A stretch of 64,000 nt of DNA, from assembly GCF_006345805.1 (NCBI RefSeq), contig NC_043000.1:104036001-104100000 (forward strand). The letters are read 5' to 3'. Under the pieces are notes generated by a model, which did no database searches, was not told where the DNA came from, and saw only the letters and a list, made by a program, of their open reading frames with translations. This stretch comes from Octopus sinensis. Lineage: Eukaryota. Every line of letters begins with the position of its first letter. The stretch's first letter is position 1. Below, piece by piece: positions 13,886 through 28,280 of this stretch. The translations under genes and the position numbers were made by a program.

Positions 13886-14273
13886 GTAAGGATAAAACTT
13901 TTCAATTGCAATTAATAACACAATCCTTTCTTTCCAGTTCAGGAACAATTGAATAACTCATTTTCTTTCATTTTTCTCTAAATATGTATTAACTTTTGTC
14001 CAGTACTGCCTATAATTCATATCATAAAGTATGCCACTTTCAATATTCTGTACTGTTGATGACATATAAACCCTTTTACTGCATGAGAAGAGATACTCCT
14101 TTTGTATTCATCATCATGATCATCATCAGTTAATGTTTTTTCATGCTAGTATGGGTTGTATAGTTCAACAGGATCTGATTAGTTGGAGGATTGCACTGTG
14201 ATCCAATTTGTGCTTTGGCATTAAGGAAGGGCACTCAGTTTTGAATGCCCTTCCTTAATGCCAACCACTATAT

Positions 14274-14550
14274 AAGTGGTTCTCAACCATTATTTATCTA
14301 TAGACTCCTTTGATTGCTATTTTATTCTGGTGGACCCCATAGCCATTTGATGCTTAAAAACTAGTTTTATAGATACTTCTTTCAAAATTCCTATTTTGTT
14401 ATTCACATATTGACTTGCATATGTTGAACTATATAAAATGTTAAAGAAAGAAATGCATGTATACTTAAAATGCTACTGTGGATCCCCAGTTTACTATTTT
14501 GCTTGCTAGGAATCCCAAAAATCTTAAATAGACCCCAGTTGCAACCATTG
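14274..14550. mobile_element. hAT (Charlie-like) MITE nested in an old RTE 3' tail
   Basis: Left TIR aagtggttctcaacc, degenerate right TIR agttgcaaccattg, exact 8 bp TSD cactatat at 14266-14273 and 14551-14558. The flanks rejoin as RTE tail sequence. Confidence 0.8.
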
Positions 14551-16717
14551 CACTATATTGTGTACTGGATACCTTTTTTTTTTCATGGCATCAGTGCTTG
14601 TGAGATTACCATGTAACTTGTAAGATTAAAGACTCCCTCTCTGTTACTTTCCTTTTACTTGGAAAGTAGCTTTATGCTGGAGGTTGAGAGGTTAAAGTAT
14701 GAAATAATGAACAGGAACAAGATTTTCATTGTATAGGAGCTACATGGTTCTTATACAATTATTTAAGGGTAGGTGAAATAATTGTGATGGTGCTAGAAAC
14801 AGAGATAAAGATGGCAGTGTCAGAGTGTGCCCTCAAGGCACAAAAAGGTAATTAAAAGAGAGATTGGAGCAGAAGATCAGAAAAAGTGTGTGGAGAGAGT
14901 GAGATATAGTTGAGTTGGTGATAGAGAGGATTGAAGGTAGTGAATGGTGAACAAGGGCAGTGGGGTGGATGATGGTAAATATGAGTTGGAGGGAAGGAGA
15001 GAGGATGTGATGACTAGCAGTACAGATTTATTGCTTTATTTTATTTATTTGTTCATTCATTATTACATCCATTTTTTCCATTCTAGCTTGGGTTTGACAA
15101 ATACATATTGTTGATGTATTGTTTTCAGAGCAAGATACACTTCCTGATCAAAGAATTTCAACCATGACCGATTGGCCTGTCTTTATGTATTTTTTTTTGT
15201 TTGTTGTTGTTTTATCTTTTTGTTAGGAGGTGAAGACATTGCCCGTGACCCTTTGCAATGCTTCCATGACTGGTGGGAGGGAAGGAAGGAAAGGGAAAGA
15301 GAGAGGAAAGTATCTTCAAACCAGAGACTCAGCCTGAGCGCTTGCAACAGAGTAGACTCTGCTAAAGTCTCCCAAGGATCAAGTGGTGGTGTTAAATTGA
15401 GTAAAGAGATTTAATCTGCCACCCAAGTAGATCTTGATGGCTGCCAAGAGCCAGAACAAATACAGCAAGCCATGTCTTCTGACATTCTAATGCTTCCCTC
15501 AGTTCACTCTCTATTATTTATAAATCACATTATTTATTTATCCAGGAATTATGGAAAGCACCTCAACAATATTAGAACTCGGAATATAAGGTGTCAGAAT
15601 AAAATCATTTTGTTGATACTCTAACAACTCTGAAGATTCATTTTAAACATTAAACGAAGGTTTGGCTGCTATTTCTAGTAAATAGCAGTTGCAAATAAGC
15701 AAAAACAAAAAAGAGGATTTAATGAAAGAATATTTTTTTCAAGTATTTGTTTTAGAGGTTACGTTATAATAAAGTTATTGTGGGTATTTCTGTTTGTATG
15801 TATATATGCATTCCTGTGATGTTAATGTCTAAATGTTTGTGTGTATAGATCTCTTCAGTGTAGTTTGATGTATGCGTGCATATATACATATAACATTTGC
15901 GTGCATATGTGTATGTATGTATATCCGTATGTGTTTGCATTTTGTGTGTGTTATAAAAAGAAGCATTTTTGTTAATGTGAGTGTGTGTGTTATAAAAAAC
16001 ATTTTTGTTAATGTGTGTGTGTGTGTGTTATTACAACACACCTCATATTTATGCACTTATAAAACTCAATCTCTCCAATATAACCTCACAGCAATTACAA
16101 ACCATTCACCATGACATATATTTATTTGATGGTGAAACCATATAGTAGTTATCTGCTGTATTTTCCAAGTCTATAAATAGTTAAATGAATCATACAATTC
16201 TATATTTTCCCAGATTTAGTTTCTCTTTGGTTATTTTTTGTTGTTGTTGGTTCATTTCTTACAATGCATTGGTGCAATATAGTTAATCCAGTAGCCACTT
16301 CTGTTTTATTATTTTTATTTATTATCTTTATTTATTTGTTGGTTTTGCACGAACTGACCAAAGCTTTTGTTCATACAAACATTGTTTTTCTTATGCTTGT
16401 TAACTAGATTGTTCAATAGACTTTTTTTTTCATACCTTTTTCCATTATTGACTCTGTAAATATTATGAACAAGAGTTTTGTTTGCTTTGACTTTGATTCA
16501 CTGCCTAACAATACTTGAAATATTTAATATGTGTGTATGTATGTGTGGCAATCTTGACAACATCCCAGGTATGCATTTAATGAGTTTATCATTCGCATGT
16601 AATTGAGAAGGTATGTTAGCTTTATTAATAAACTGTCCATTAATGTGTTTTTAATATTGGTGATTGTTTTATTTTCAATATGGTGAAATGGTGTACTTGT
16701 ATATACCTTTGTTGTTG

Positions 16718-16721
<4 letters not shown>

Positions 16722-16790
<69 letters not shown>
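16722..16790. repeat. (CT)n microsatellite
   Basis: About 34 uninterrupted CT units. Confidence 0.95.
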
Positions 16791-16792
<2 letters not shown>

Positions 16793-16968
16793 GTTCCAAG
16801 TTTAAATCCTACCAAAGCAAAATTTGTCAACCATTTTTCCAGTGTCAGAAAAAGTACAAGTCAAATACTGGTATCAGTACCCCTCCCCTCAAAAACCACT
16901 GACCATGTGCCTAAAGGTAGTACTTGTGTGCTCACACAGAAACACACTACTACTACTACTACAATGTC

Positions 16969-17172
16969 AGCAAGCTGGCAGAATTGTTTAGACACCAGAC
17001 AAAATGCTTAGCAGCATCTCTTCTGGCTTTACTTTCTAATTCCAGCAAGGCCAACTTCACCTTTAATTCTTTCAGTGCCAATAGAATAAGCACCAGTTAA
17101 GCACTGGGGTCCAATGTAATCAACTACCACCATTCCCCCAAATTTCAGGCCTTATGCCTATTGTAGGAAGAA
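16969..17172 (+). mobile_element. Family A SINE, degraded
   Basis: gcaagctggcagaattg...aaatgcttagc...ccaaatttcaggccttatgcc. Confidence 0.7.
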
Positions 17173-18036
17173 TTAGTATTATCATTACATGGAAAACATT
17201 TCTTGTGCTGGTTCTGTAACAAAATGCACTCAGTTATACTCTGTAAACTACAGAAACCAAACATTGAAACATAAAAATGAGACATGGTCTTCCAACTGAT
17301 CTCCGAAAATAGTAACTCCTTAATAAGTACTGACTTTGAGGGGCTAATGTGTTTATGACAGCAAGAAAAATGAACATAAGTGATGATGAAAATGATGATG
17401 AGAGTGATAGCACCACTACTGCTGTTATTTTGAGCACCAGGCCATATTGGATGTCATATTTTGAAGGATCTTACACCCTAAAAGAAGGTGTTATTAACAG
17501 AGACCCACACCATGAAATTGAAGACCTGCTAAAACTAACAAAGACCCTGGTGTAGTGAAATACATTTCATTTGCTGCTGTTTGAAGACAGCCAGACAGGC
17601 AAAGGGTGGGCCGAAAGTCATGCACAAAATAACGTTCAGTATGTTCAGGAATTGTGAAAGACATGCTATAATTTTTTCTAAAATTGAATAAGATAAATAA
17701 AATAATGATGAATACGCACATACTTGTACATGATGCCTTTCCCACCCATCTTTATTTTATATGTTTACGTTTTTATTTTTATCTTTTTCTCTGTCTTCCT
17801 CTTTTTCTCTATCACATGACTTCATAAATGAACAATCTGGTGTGTTTATTTTAATGGCCTACCAATGTATACAGTACATTTCTCTGCCCTAAGTGTCAGG
17901 AAGACCCTCAGCAAGAAATAGAAACAATTGAAAGAAATGAAAATAATAATGATAAAAACATAATATGAATAAAATTTGAAATGTCCTGGTGCATGACTTT
18001 TAACCCACCGTGTGTGTGTGTGTATACATATATATA

Positions 18037-18400
18037 CTCTTTTACTTATTTCAGTCATTTGACTGCAACCATGCTGGAGCACCACCTCTAGTTGAACAAA
18101 TCTACCCCAGCACTTATTCTTTGTAAGCCTAGTACTTATTCTATCAGTCTCTTTTGCTGTACCACTAAGTTATGGAGACATAAATACACCAACATCAATT
18201 GTCAAGCGATGGTGGAGGGATAAACACAGACACACAAACACACACACACACACACATACATATATGTATACAACAGGCTTCTTTCAGTTTCCATCTACCA
18301 AATCCACTCATAAACTTTTGGTTAGCCTGAGGCTATAGTAGAAGACACTTGCCCAAGGTGTCATGCTGTGGGACTGAGCCAGGAACCATGTGGTTGGGAA

Positions 18401-18403
<3 letters not shown>
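18037..18403 (-). mobile_element. tRNA-derived SINE (family B, internal (AC)n tract)
   Basis: cttttacttatttcagtcatttgactgcaaccatgctggagcacc...gaagacacttgcccaaggtg...gggactgagccaggaaccatgtggttgggaagc; reverse complement of the copy at 45556-45918. Confidence 0.85.
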
Positions 18404-18458
<55 letters not shown>

Positions 18459-21400
18459 TTCAGTTTTATCTTAGCTTGTGTATTGAAACTGAGACAGTTA
18501 CTCTGGATCTCTAAAAGACAAGGGACAAAGCTGAATAATGTTGGGTATTCAACTCTATATATTGCCATTCCAGCAATGCAACTAGTTTGAAATAACAGCA
18601 TTTCAATCTTTGGCCTTGTAGTCAGTTATACTTGCCCTAATTAATTATTTTATCAATCCCAGAATGACAGAAGTTAGTCAGCCCTTGTAGGATTTGACTT
18701 CAGAATCAGTTAACAATCAAAATGAATGTGTGTGCATGTTGTTAATTTCATATTGGATGTTGATAAGAATCAATTTAGGCTATTGCTGCCATATGTTGAT
18801 ATCTATGTGTACTGATTAGATTAAATTATCCTATTCAATACTTTAAACATGATTAATGACTAAAAACAGAACATAGCTTGTCAATACTTTTGGTCTTATC
18901 TGCAACTATTAATCTAAGTAATACATTATCCATGTTATTGTCACAGTCATAAGATTTTCTATTTATGGCATTGTTATGTTTCTGACTTCATTTTTTTTCA
19001 TGCTGTAGCTTGTAACTTTTCTCTGTAGGGGGTTTATATTATGGCTAAAAATTATATTCAACACCTGTTGTGTATTATTTTCTGTTATTCTTTTACTTGT
19101 TTCAGTCATTGGACTGTGCCTATGCTGGAGCACACCTTCAAAGCATTAATAGATCATATCAACCCCACTACTCATTTCGGTCTAGTACTTATTTTATTGG
19201 CCTCTATTTATCAACCACTAAGTTATGAACATCTCAGTTCTGTTCAGTTTGTGTGTAAAGGCACTGAGACGTGTATAAAGACTGAACACATTTGCTCTTT
19301 CTTTGTAAATTATTGCACAGGTTGAATGATTCAAACAACATCCACCACCTTCCAAATGGTCAAAGCAAGGTGTTCTTGTTATTTTTTTAATAATTGGGAA
19401 AATATTAAAGAAATTGTAAATTTTCCGTATCTATCTGTCTATCTTTGTCTCTCTTGCTCCCTTTCTTTCTTTCTCCCCCTCTGTCCCTCCATCCCTCTCC
19501 TAGAAATTGAAAAATTTTAAATTTAGATTTTTTTTTTAACTCTTCTGAATTCAACTTGTATTGTCCTTTGTCCACTTTGTAAAATATTTCAAAGACATCT
19601 AAATAGAAGACGGGTTAAGCTATTGATATTTTTAACAGTTGCTATGGTCCTTGTGTTCCTTATATTAACAAAGCATAAATGATATATATATATATATATT
19701 AACATGTCACATTGCATTTTTAGTCATTAAGGGTTTTATGTACAAATAAAACCAATATTTACAAGTCTTGCAAACTAGATGTAATGAGAACAAATTGATC
19801 TTAGCTAATGTTTAATTCTAAATTTCGAAATCAGCAAGGAAAACCAACTCTATAATCAGTAAAGCAATCTAATGAGGAAGTTGTTATGTGGTTGATAAGT
19901 CTACTAGTAATAGCTAAAAAAAATCACTCTCAAATCACACTCTACTGTTTGCAAAAGAAAAAGAGGACACATTACATGGTTTCCTGGATACATTTACTAT
20001 ATTTGAATAAAAGTTGAATGAACATGGCTAGAACATCTTTGATCATAATTCTGTTGGACTAGTGCTGACTTGGGGTTAAACACTGCCATCACTACCACCA
20101 AGTTTTATTCAATTCATTTTCTCTGTTTTATTTTCTTCAAATCTTGTGTGTTTTTCATTAAGTCTTTGAACCTCCAATTTAAATGGAATTTCAGTGCAAC
20201 TGTTTTCTAAATTTGTCTTCCATAGATTTGCAGTTGACATAATGCAATGAGAAGTCATTAATTGCCAATTAGTCGTTTACATCTTCCTCACCACCCCCAC
20301 AACTTTTCTTTTTTTTTCTTGCTGCTACTCTCATAATTTTAAAGAGAATAAAGATTATCAGTCACAAAATAAATGTGATAATCTATTTGCTCCTGGCTCA
20401 ATTGAAAATTTGAAAAGTGGAATTGCGCTGCTGACTCCACACCACTAAGTGCTATCGACATATTATTGAAAAAAAAATAATAAATAAATAAAAAATAAAG
20501 AGTGGGAGGGGAATTCAAAAGAAAAGAAGGCAAAATATATTTTTCTCTTTTTCTTTTCATTTTTTTTTTTCCTGATGTAGTACAATTTATGCTTGCATGA
20601 TGCATTGATGCAGATAATCATATTTCAGATAATCACCTAAAACAGAAATTTAAAACTCCAACAGAAATCATTGGGAAGCTGGAGAGAAATATTAAAAGTG
20701 AACTAGATTACAGCAACACCAGCAATAATGACAATCAGCTAGCAAAAGCATAGCTACATGGCTGTTCAGCCTGCTAGAAATAACTGCAAAATCTCTCAGA
20801 TCAGACCTTACAGTCTTGAAAAGAGAGAAGATGCATAAGACATAAGAAATGCAATACCTGAGATAACAGATAGAATGGTTATGACTGGAATGCCTTTGAT
20901 CATTAATCAGCTCAGTCAGGATTGACCTGCAGTTTACCATCACTGCCATCAACAACAACAATCACACCATAACAACAAAAAGAGGTTAACAAACAAGTAG
21001 GGAATAGTAAATTGGGAAGGAAGTAGCTTCTTTTTTAATCATTGATGATAATACTGATAATAAAGAGAGAAGGTGTTCTTGCCAAGAATATTTGTTTCCC
21101 TTTGTAGAATAAAATCTTGTAATTGCAGGGAGTAACTAGTTTGAATTGCAAAATGGAGATTTAAAGAAAGTGTTTACTGATAACTGCATTAAATATGGAG
21201 GTAGATGTTGGTCAATGCTATGCATCTTTAGGTCCAAATATTATCACAGGAAATGATAATGTATATTATATTTAAGCAAAGGAAGTATGCAATTCAGTAT
21301 AATCAATGGTCTGATAAGAAAAGTAGTAAAGGCCATTGCTCTTTGAAAATGACATCATTAACCTAATATATCAAGTGATCTAGGGGTAGCTGACAGCCTG

Positions 21401-22576
21401 ATTAATTCAGTTCTTTACAACTATATTGTTTAGCCTCAGGTTAACTCAATAAGTAGATCTATGAGTAAAGGCTTTCCAACTGTGACTATTCTGTCTTTTT
21501 AGAATAATAGAGACAGAGACAGAAAATATTGTATCTGTAAATCAATGGTTATAATACAATCAGCTGGATGGCCTTTTTTAAATGTGATCTACAATGTTCT
21601 ATGTATGTGTAGCAGCTGCACTGTCCAAAGTATATGAGTGGGTGGTGAATTGTTAAAACTTAATACAAAATACTTTGCTATATTTGTTCTGGCTGTCTGT
21701 GATATAAGTTCAATTCCTGACAAGGTCAAAAGCATCAGTCTAGGAGTGGTGAATTGGTGAAATTTTTTGAGCACCAAGCAAAAATCTTAGTGGTATTTGT
21801 TCTGGATTTTTGTATCCTGAGTTCTTGGGTAGTAGACTTAATGTGTTGTTCTGTATAACACCACCATCTGGTGCTGAGGTGGAACAGAGAGACATGACAT
21901 TATAAAACAGTGGGGATTTTATATCAAGTGTGCTAGGAAACAATAAATGGGAAGAAAAAGACAAATATATAGAATATGAAATGTATCTACCTCAAAAAAG
22001 AGAACTGTGATTAATGTCAATCATGGAATCCCTGGCATATATCTCAGATCTGCAGGCACATATTCAAAGTGGACTAAATCACACAAACTATGCTTGCCAA
22101 TCTCACCCACCGTTAGAAAATTTATTCAAGGACAACACTTTTCTCTCAAACCTCACCTTCTTTAAATGGTACTCGGCCAATACTCTATCCACAATCCTTT
22201 CAATCTTGTCCACCAAACAGATATAAGAAAACTGCCTGCTCTTCCTTCTATGCTAAAGAAAGGCAGTAGGTCATCTCAATCTTCTCTCCAGGTAAAACCT
22301 AAGTGAAAATAAATAAATAGAGACATTGTCTTTATACGTTCTTTAAGCTTGTATGTTGTTACTACAACACTTTTTGGCAGACGCCTAATACAGAGAGATT
22401 AAAACTGAAATGCCAAGTGCATTTGATCCTTACCACTTTGCTTCAATAGTACCACTTCTTGGCTGATTGTGCTGCACTGACTGAACGATTCCGCCTGAGA
22501 GATGTTGACTTCTTAAGAGTAGGTCTCTTTCTCAGTCTCTCTGCCTTTGTTGCCTCTCACTTCTCTCTCTCTCTCT

Positions 22577-22621
<45 letters not shown>

Positions 22622-23229
22622 AGCTCCATTTAATGTATTTTATCCAATAAATCTATAAACAAAAAGCACTTCCTATGTTTCTCACACACTCACTCGCTCA
22701 CTTGAATGACATTGCAATAATATATGTTTTGATATATTTTCCATTTCCTTATTTCAAACAACCTTTTCGTTGTGGAAACCAAATCAATGAACACTATTGT
22801 TATTACTCAAAAATAAAAGATTACTATTATCAAAATGGCAAGCTGGTAGAATCATTAATGGCATTTCTTCTGGCTCTTTACATTCTGAGTTCAAATTTGA
22901 CTTTGCCTTTCATTCTTTTTGGGTCAATAAAATAGACATCAATTAAGTACTGGAGTTGACTTGCTTCTCCACTCTAAATTGCTGGTCTTGTGCCAAAATT
23001 AGAAACAATTATCATCATCATCATATCATCATCATTTTTCTTCTGTAAATGACAGTCAGAGAAGGAAAGGCAGCTTGCTCTGAATGCTTGCAACAGTGTA
23101 GACCTGACTAAAGGCACTCAAGATGCCAGGTGTTGCTATTAAAACAAAGCAATGTTGATATTACCACATGTACTGTTATTATCATTGTCCTTGACTATCA
23201 TCTGTTACCTCTGTGGCAAATAAAGAAAA

Positions 23230-23263
<34 letters not shown>

Positions 23264-23490
23264 AATGTCCACTGTTTTGTAATTGGTTTTAGTAAAATCT
23301 TTCTCCTATTGCCTTTGAATAGGTACATTATATCTGCATTAAAATTAGCATCAGAAAAGCATCCAGCCATAGATGTCTTAAAAAGTCTTACCCAATCCTT
23401 ATTAGCATGATAAACTGGATGTAAAAATGGTTCTTCTCAATAGTTTAATGCAAGTAGGACTACCTTCATGTTTTTAAAATGTTTTCAATA

Positions 23491-23649
23491 CTCTTTTCTA
23501 CTCTAGGCACAAGGCCTGACATTTTTGGGGAGGGGTCCAGTTGATTAGATTGACCCCAGTACGCAGCTGGTACTTAATTTATCGACCCCGAAAGGATGAA
23601 AGGCAAAGTTGACCTCAGTGGAATTTGAACTCAGAACGTAAAGATAAAG
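23491..23649 (-). mobile_element. 5'-truncated family A SINE with 11 bp TSD
   Basis: TSD tgttttcaata at 23480-23490 and 23650-23660; body matches family A. Confidence 0.8.
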
Positions 23650-23674
23650 TGTTTTCAATATTAGGACAGTTTAA

Positions 23675-23889
23675 GGTGGTGAGCTGGCAGAAAAGTTAGA
23701 ACACCAAGCAAAATGTTTAGTAGTATTTTGTCTACCTTTATGTTCTGAATTCAAATTCCACTAAGGTCGCCTTTGCCTTTCATCCTTTCAGGGTCAATAA
23801 AATAAAAACCAGTTGAACACTGAAGTCAATGTAATTGACTTACCCAGCTCCCCTGAAATTGCTGGCCTTGTACCAAAATTTGAAATCGA
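23675..23889 (+). mobile_element. Family A SINE
   Basis: ggtggtgagctggcagaaaagttag...ctgaattcaaattccac...gcctttcatcctttcagggtc...ctggccttgtacc. Confidence 0.8.
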
Positions 23890-25106
23890 TATTAAGATAG
23901 TTTTTATATGGTAAATGTTAAGATCATCATCTAACCTAACTGTTGTTTTTTATAAAGGATCATCTATGATTGAGCAGGTCTGTTATTAAAATCATACCAG
24001 CCATGCCCTTCTCACCCTATATTGGGAACTTTGTTGTTCAGTAGTGCTCTTCCATTTTTTGTTCATGATGCAGTGTGTGATATGAACAATATTTGGCTGC
24101 TGTTTCAAGCAGGTTAAACAGCTGTATAGAGGTTCCCTTGTTGTCTTCATTCATTGTTATTTAGTGTTAATTTTCCGCTTCTTTTACTGGATGAAAATAC
24201 TTTCGTATAAAGCAACAGCAATTATAAAACAAACAAAAATAGCATCTCATAATGAATAGCATCTCACATAATTTCACGAGAACTAATTCAATGCCTCTTC
24301 CTATGTGTTAACTCCTTCCTATATACACTTCATAAATAATAGGTAGGTAAAGTATATAATTTAGAGAGTGATAGTGAAAATGAAAAAAAGGTAAGCGTTG
24401 TGAAGGTGAGAAAAAGATAGAATAAGATATTTAGAGAGAGAAAGTGGAAGAGTTTCTGGAGTTATAAATGATATGCTTCATTTTCAAAAAGGATTGTGAT
24501 GGTTTTGTGAACAACTAGGTTTTTATGAAATTTATGAAAATACATAAAAATTCACGTGAGCACAGCCACACCTGATGATTCTGTTGATGCCAATGTAGGA
24601 TCACCTAATTTCTGACAAGCACAATTGTGTGTGTGTATCTGTATATATGTGGGTGCATCCACACATAGATACTTCCATACTTATATACATATGTATGTAA
24701 ATATGTACACATACACACACATGCATTTGTGTGTACATTTACATGCATTCATACATGAACACACACATATATATATTTACATACATACAAGCAAATTTTC
24801 TGACGTTGGTGCACTGAGTTGATCCTATTGATTTGTATAGAAAACATTGAACTGTGTGTAGCAGTGCATATCAGCGTTCACACATGCGCACACAGTTGTA
24901 TATAAGTATATTGGTGGGTGTGTTAAGGATCCTGCTCAGTAGCACTGTGTACAGCTGCATTATATTGTGTGTGCATGAACAACACACTGACATGTGCACA
25001 TATTATGGTGTTGTGCCATCACCAGCATGCACACACCTGTTTTGTGTCATTGAATTGTATTAAAACTGCACCGAGTTGCAAATATTTGCTGCACACCTAT
25101 GCTTAC

Positions 25107-25146
<40 letters not shown>

Positions 25147-26479
25147 ACCTATTTATATATATAAATAGATATGCACCCACACAAATACACACATTCACTT
25201 ATTTTCTATCTCCCTCTCTTCCCCTTTTTCACTTCCTCTCACTCATTCTCTTTCCTATATGTAGTGTGTCTGTGGATGCGTTTGTGTGTGATGCATGCAC
25301 ATATGCATTCATACACATGCTCTCTTTCTTCTTATTTTTTTGCTTCTAATGTCTCTTCCCCTCTTTCTTTCTTATTTGGTGTGTATGCACATACACACAC
25401 ACTCTCTCTCCTCCCACTTCCTCTCCCTATCTCCCCCCTCTCTCTCACTTTCTTTCTACCTGTCTCTCACACTTCATTGATCTGTGATAAGAAGTGTAAC
25501 AACAAATAAGGGCTACAACTCCTCAGATCTAATTGTATTCTTGTGCATGCATACATCGAAATACACACAAGTACATGTACACACACACATACATACATAA
25601 ACATTCAATCAATCGATTTTGCAATCTGTAACACATTGTGTAAGGGATTGGCAACAGGATGCAGGCGCACACACACACAAATACATGCACACAGTCACAC
25701 AATTACACGCACACACACAAATACATACACACACACTATTACACACATAACCATTCAGTCAATCGATTTTGCAATCAGTAATACACAGATTGGTAAAAGA
25801 TTTGATACACAGTAAAACACACACATACACATATTTAAGGTTAAATGTACAATGTATACAGAAGAGAGGTAAATGACACTACATGCACCTCCTGCCAACA
25901 AACACACACCTATTTCCACCTCCCCCCTCCACCACCTCCCCCTTTTACAACTACATGCGCACACACAAACACACACATTTTCTCCTCTTCCTACAACTAC
26001 TGCTCTTACCACCACACCTGCCTCTCTTTAAATTCTCTTCTCAATCACTGGGAGAAGAACACCTACTGATGATGATGAGGATATTGATGATGATGATCGG
26101 GATGGTGATAACTTGATCGATATTTCACTGTATTGAAAGCTGATTGGCTGATATCTCGGTTGGAAGTGAACTGAAATAGGACATTGACCCCTCCATAATC
26201 AACCTCTTACTCTTCCTTTTATTCACCATCACCCTTTCCCTTCGTCACCTCTTATCTTACACCACTACGACCATGAAAGAATTACTACTGCTTCTACAAC
26301 TTACTGTTCTGCTATCGTCAGGCAACAACAACTATTATTACTGCTACTACTAGCCCCTTATTACTAGTTTACATACATACATACTACTAGTACTACTACT
26401 ACATTTGACTGTTACAGTATATTTACATTATGATACATAGTTGACTATTTTAATGTAATACTGCTTCTAGTACATATAA

Positions 26480-26553
26480 CAGATATATATGTATATGTGT
26501 ATATGTACACACACGCACATATCTGTATGTGTATGTAAACACATATGTATATT

Positions 26554-26601
<48 letters not shown>

Positions 26602-26640
26602 CATATATATATATATATACATACATATATATATACATAC

Positions 26641-26709
<69 letters not shown>

Positions 26710-26710
26710 C

Positions 26711-26771
<61 letters not shown>

Positions 26772-26787
26772 ATATATATATATATAC

Positions 26788-26836
<49 letters not shown>

Positions 26837-26860
26837 ATATATATACACATATATATATAT

Positions 26861-26913
<53 letters not shown>

Positions 26914-27001
26914 CATATATATACATATATATATATATACATACATATATATATATATACACACACACATATATATATATACATATATATGCACATAAAT
27001 A

Positions 27002-27042
<41 letters not shown>

Positions 27043-27100
27043 TGTTTGTATGTATATCTACATGTGTTTGTTTGTATATATGTGTGTGTGTGTGTATTTT
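26480..27100. repeat. About 620 bp compound (TA)n/(TACA)n/(CA)n microsatellite
   Basis: Almost pure alternating purine-pyrimidine sequence; it explains the YI-rich ORFs in the track. Confidence 0.95.
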
Positions 27101-27383
27101 GATATTTTGCTTAGGCATATAATGCTAATAACCTGGTGTTAGAACTTGATATACATATGCTTTAGAATGAAACATCAGTTGAGTACAGAGCAGTAATAAC
27201 AAATCAAAATGACAAAGGAATAAACAATTGTTATGAACTTTATTAGCTTACAGCCATTTCTGCTATAATATGCAATGCACTCATAGTTGAATGTTCAAGT
27301 ATCAGTAAATAGCTTCATTGTAGCTTCAAACATGAAGTGAAGTGCATTACATCTTATAGCAGAAACAGCTGTAAGCTAATAAT

Positions 27384-27428
<45 letters not shown>

Positions 27429-27443
27429 ACATACATATATATA

Positions 27444-28280
27444 CATGGTCTGATCAATAAGTACCTGGACTGTTGCCATAGTAATGAAGCTAAAACACAC
27501 CGAGTGAAGCTGCTTGGCACAGATCTACCTGGTACTCTGCAGTGCATGCTCACTAAGTTTTAATGTTCTAGCTCACTTTGCTGTTTACAGAAGTGTTTGG
27601 AATGAAGGTGTGTAAGCATGTGATCGTTGCTTTGACCATGACAGAGAAAACTGAGCAGAGAATCTGCATCAAATTTTGCCAAAAGCTTGGCAATACCTGC
27701 TCAGAAGCCTACACAAAGGTTTCAAAAAGTTTTCACCATTCTCAACACAATCAAGGAAATCTTGTGCAACTGAAACCCGAGTGTCTTTTTGGTCAGCTGA
27801 AAGTAACTGAAACGTAACTAATCTGCACATCCTCTGATAACTCACAGATGGTGATTCAATGACTTTCTCTCATAGCTGCATGCACATCTGCAATGTTTTT
27901 ATCAGTTCTGCTGGTTGTGGGTCTCCTAGAATGTTCGTTTATATCGACATTTTTTCAGCCATCTTAGAAACGTCTGAACCACTCATACACTTGTGTGCAG
28001 CTCATACACTCCTCTCCATACCCTTTCTGCAACTTTGCATAAGCCCCTGAGCAGATATTGCCATGGCAATTTTCTTTGTCATAGTCAATGCATCAATCAC
28101 ATGCTACACACCTTCCTTCCAAGCACTGCTGTAAACAGTGGAAGTAAGTTAAAAAGTTAAAACTAAGTGCACATGCACAGTAGAATTCATAGTCAATCTT
28201 TGCAAAGCAGCTTCATTCTGTGTGCTTTAGCTTTGTTACTAAGTTACTATGGCAACAGTCTAGATACTTATTGATCAGAC

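Noticed and set aside
21859-21874. CTCF-like site (reverse complement of ccaccatctggtg)
   Set aside because: A single imperfect short match beside repeat-derived sequence; not distinguishable from chance without ChIP data.
26044-26136. Acidic reading frame TDDDEDIDDDDRDGD that looked like a ZNF704 acidic exon
   Set aside because: It derives from a (GAT)n microsatellite, is bounded by stops and has no acceptor or donor.
26445-27122. Long overlapping ORFs (up to 197 aa) of YI/YT/CV repeats, likewise at 51196-51572, 9967-10164, 5124-5345 and 18308-18601
   Set aside because: They are translations of TA/CA microsatellites, which lack stop codons in some frames; no splice or codon evidence.
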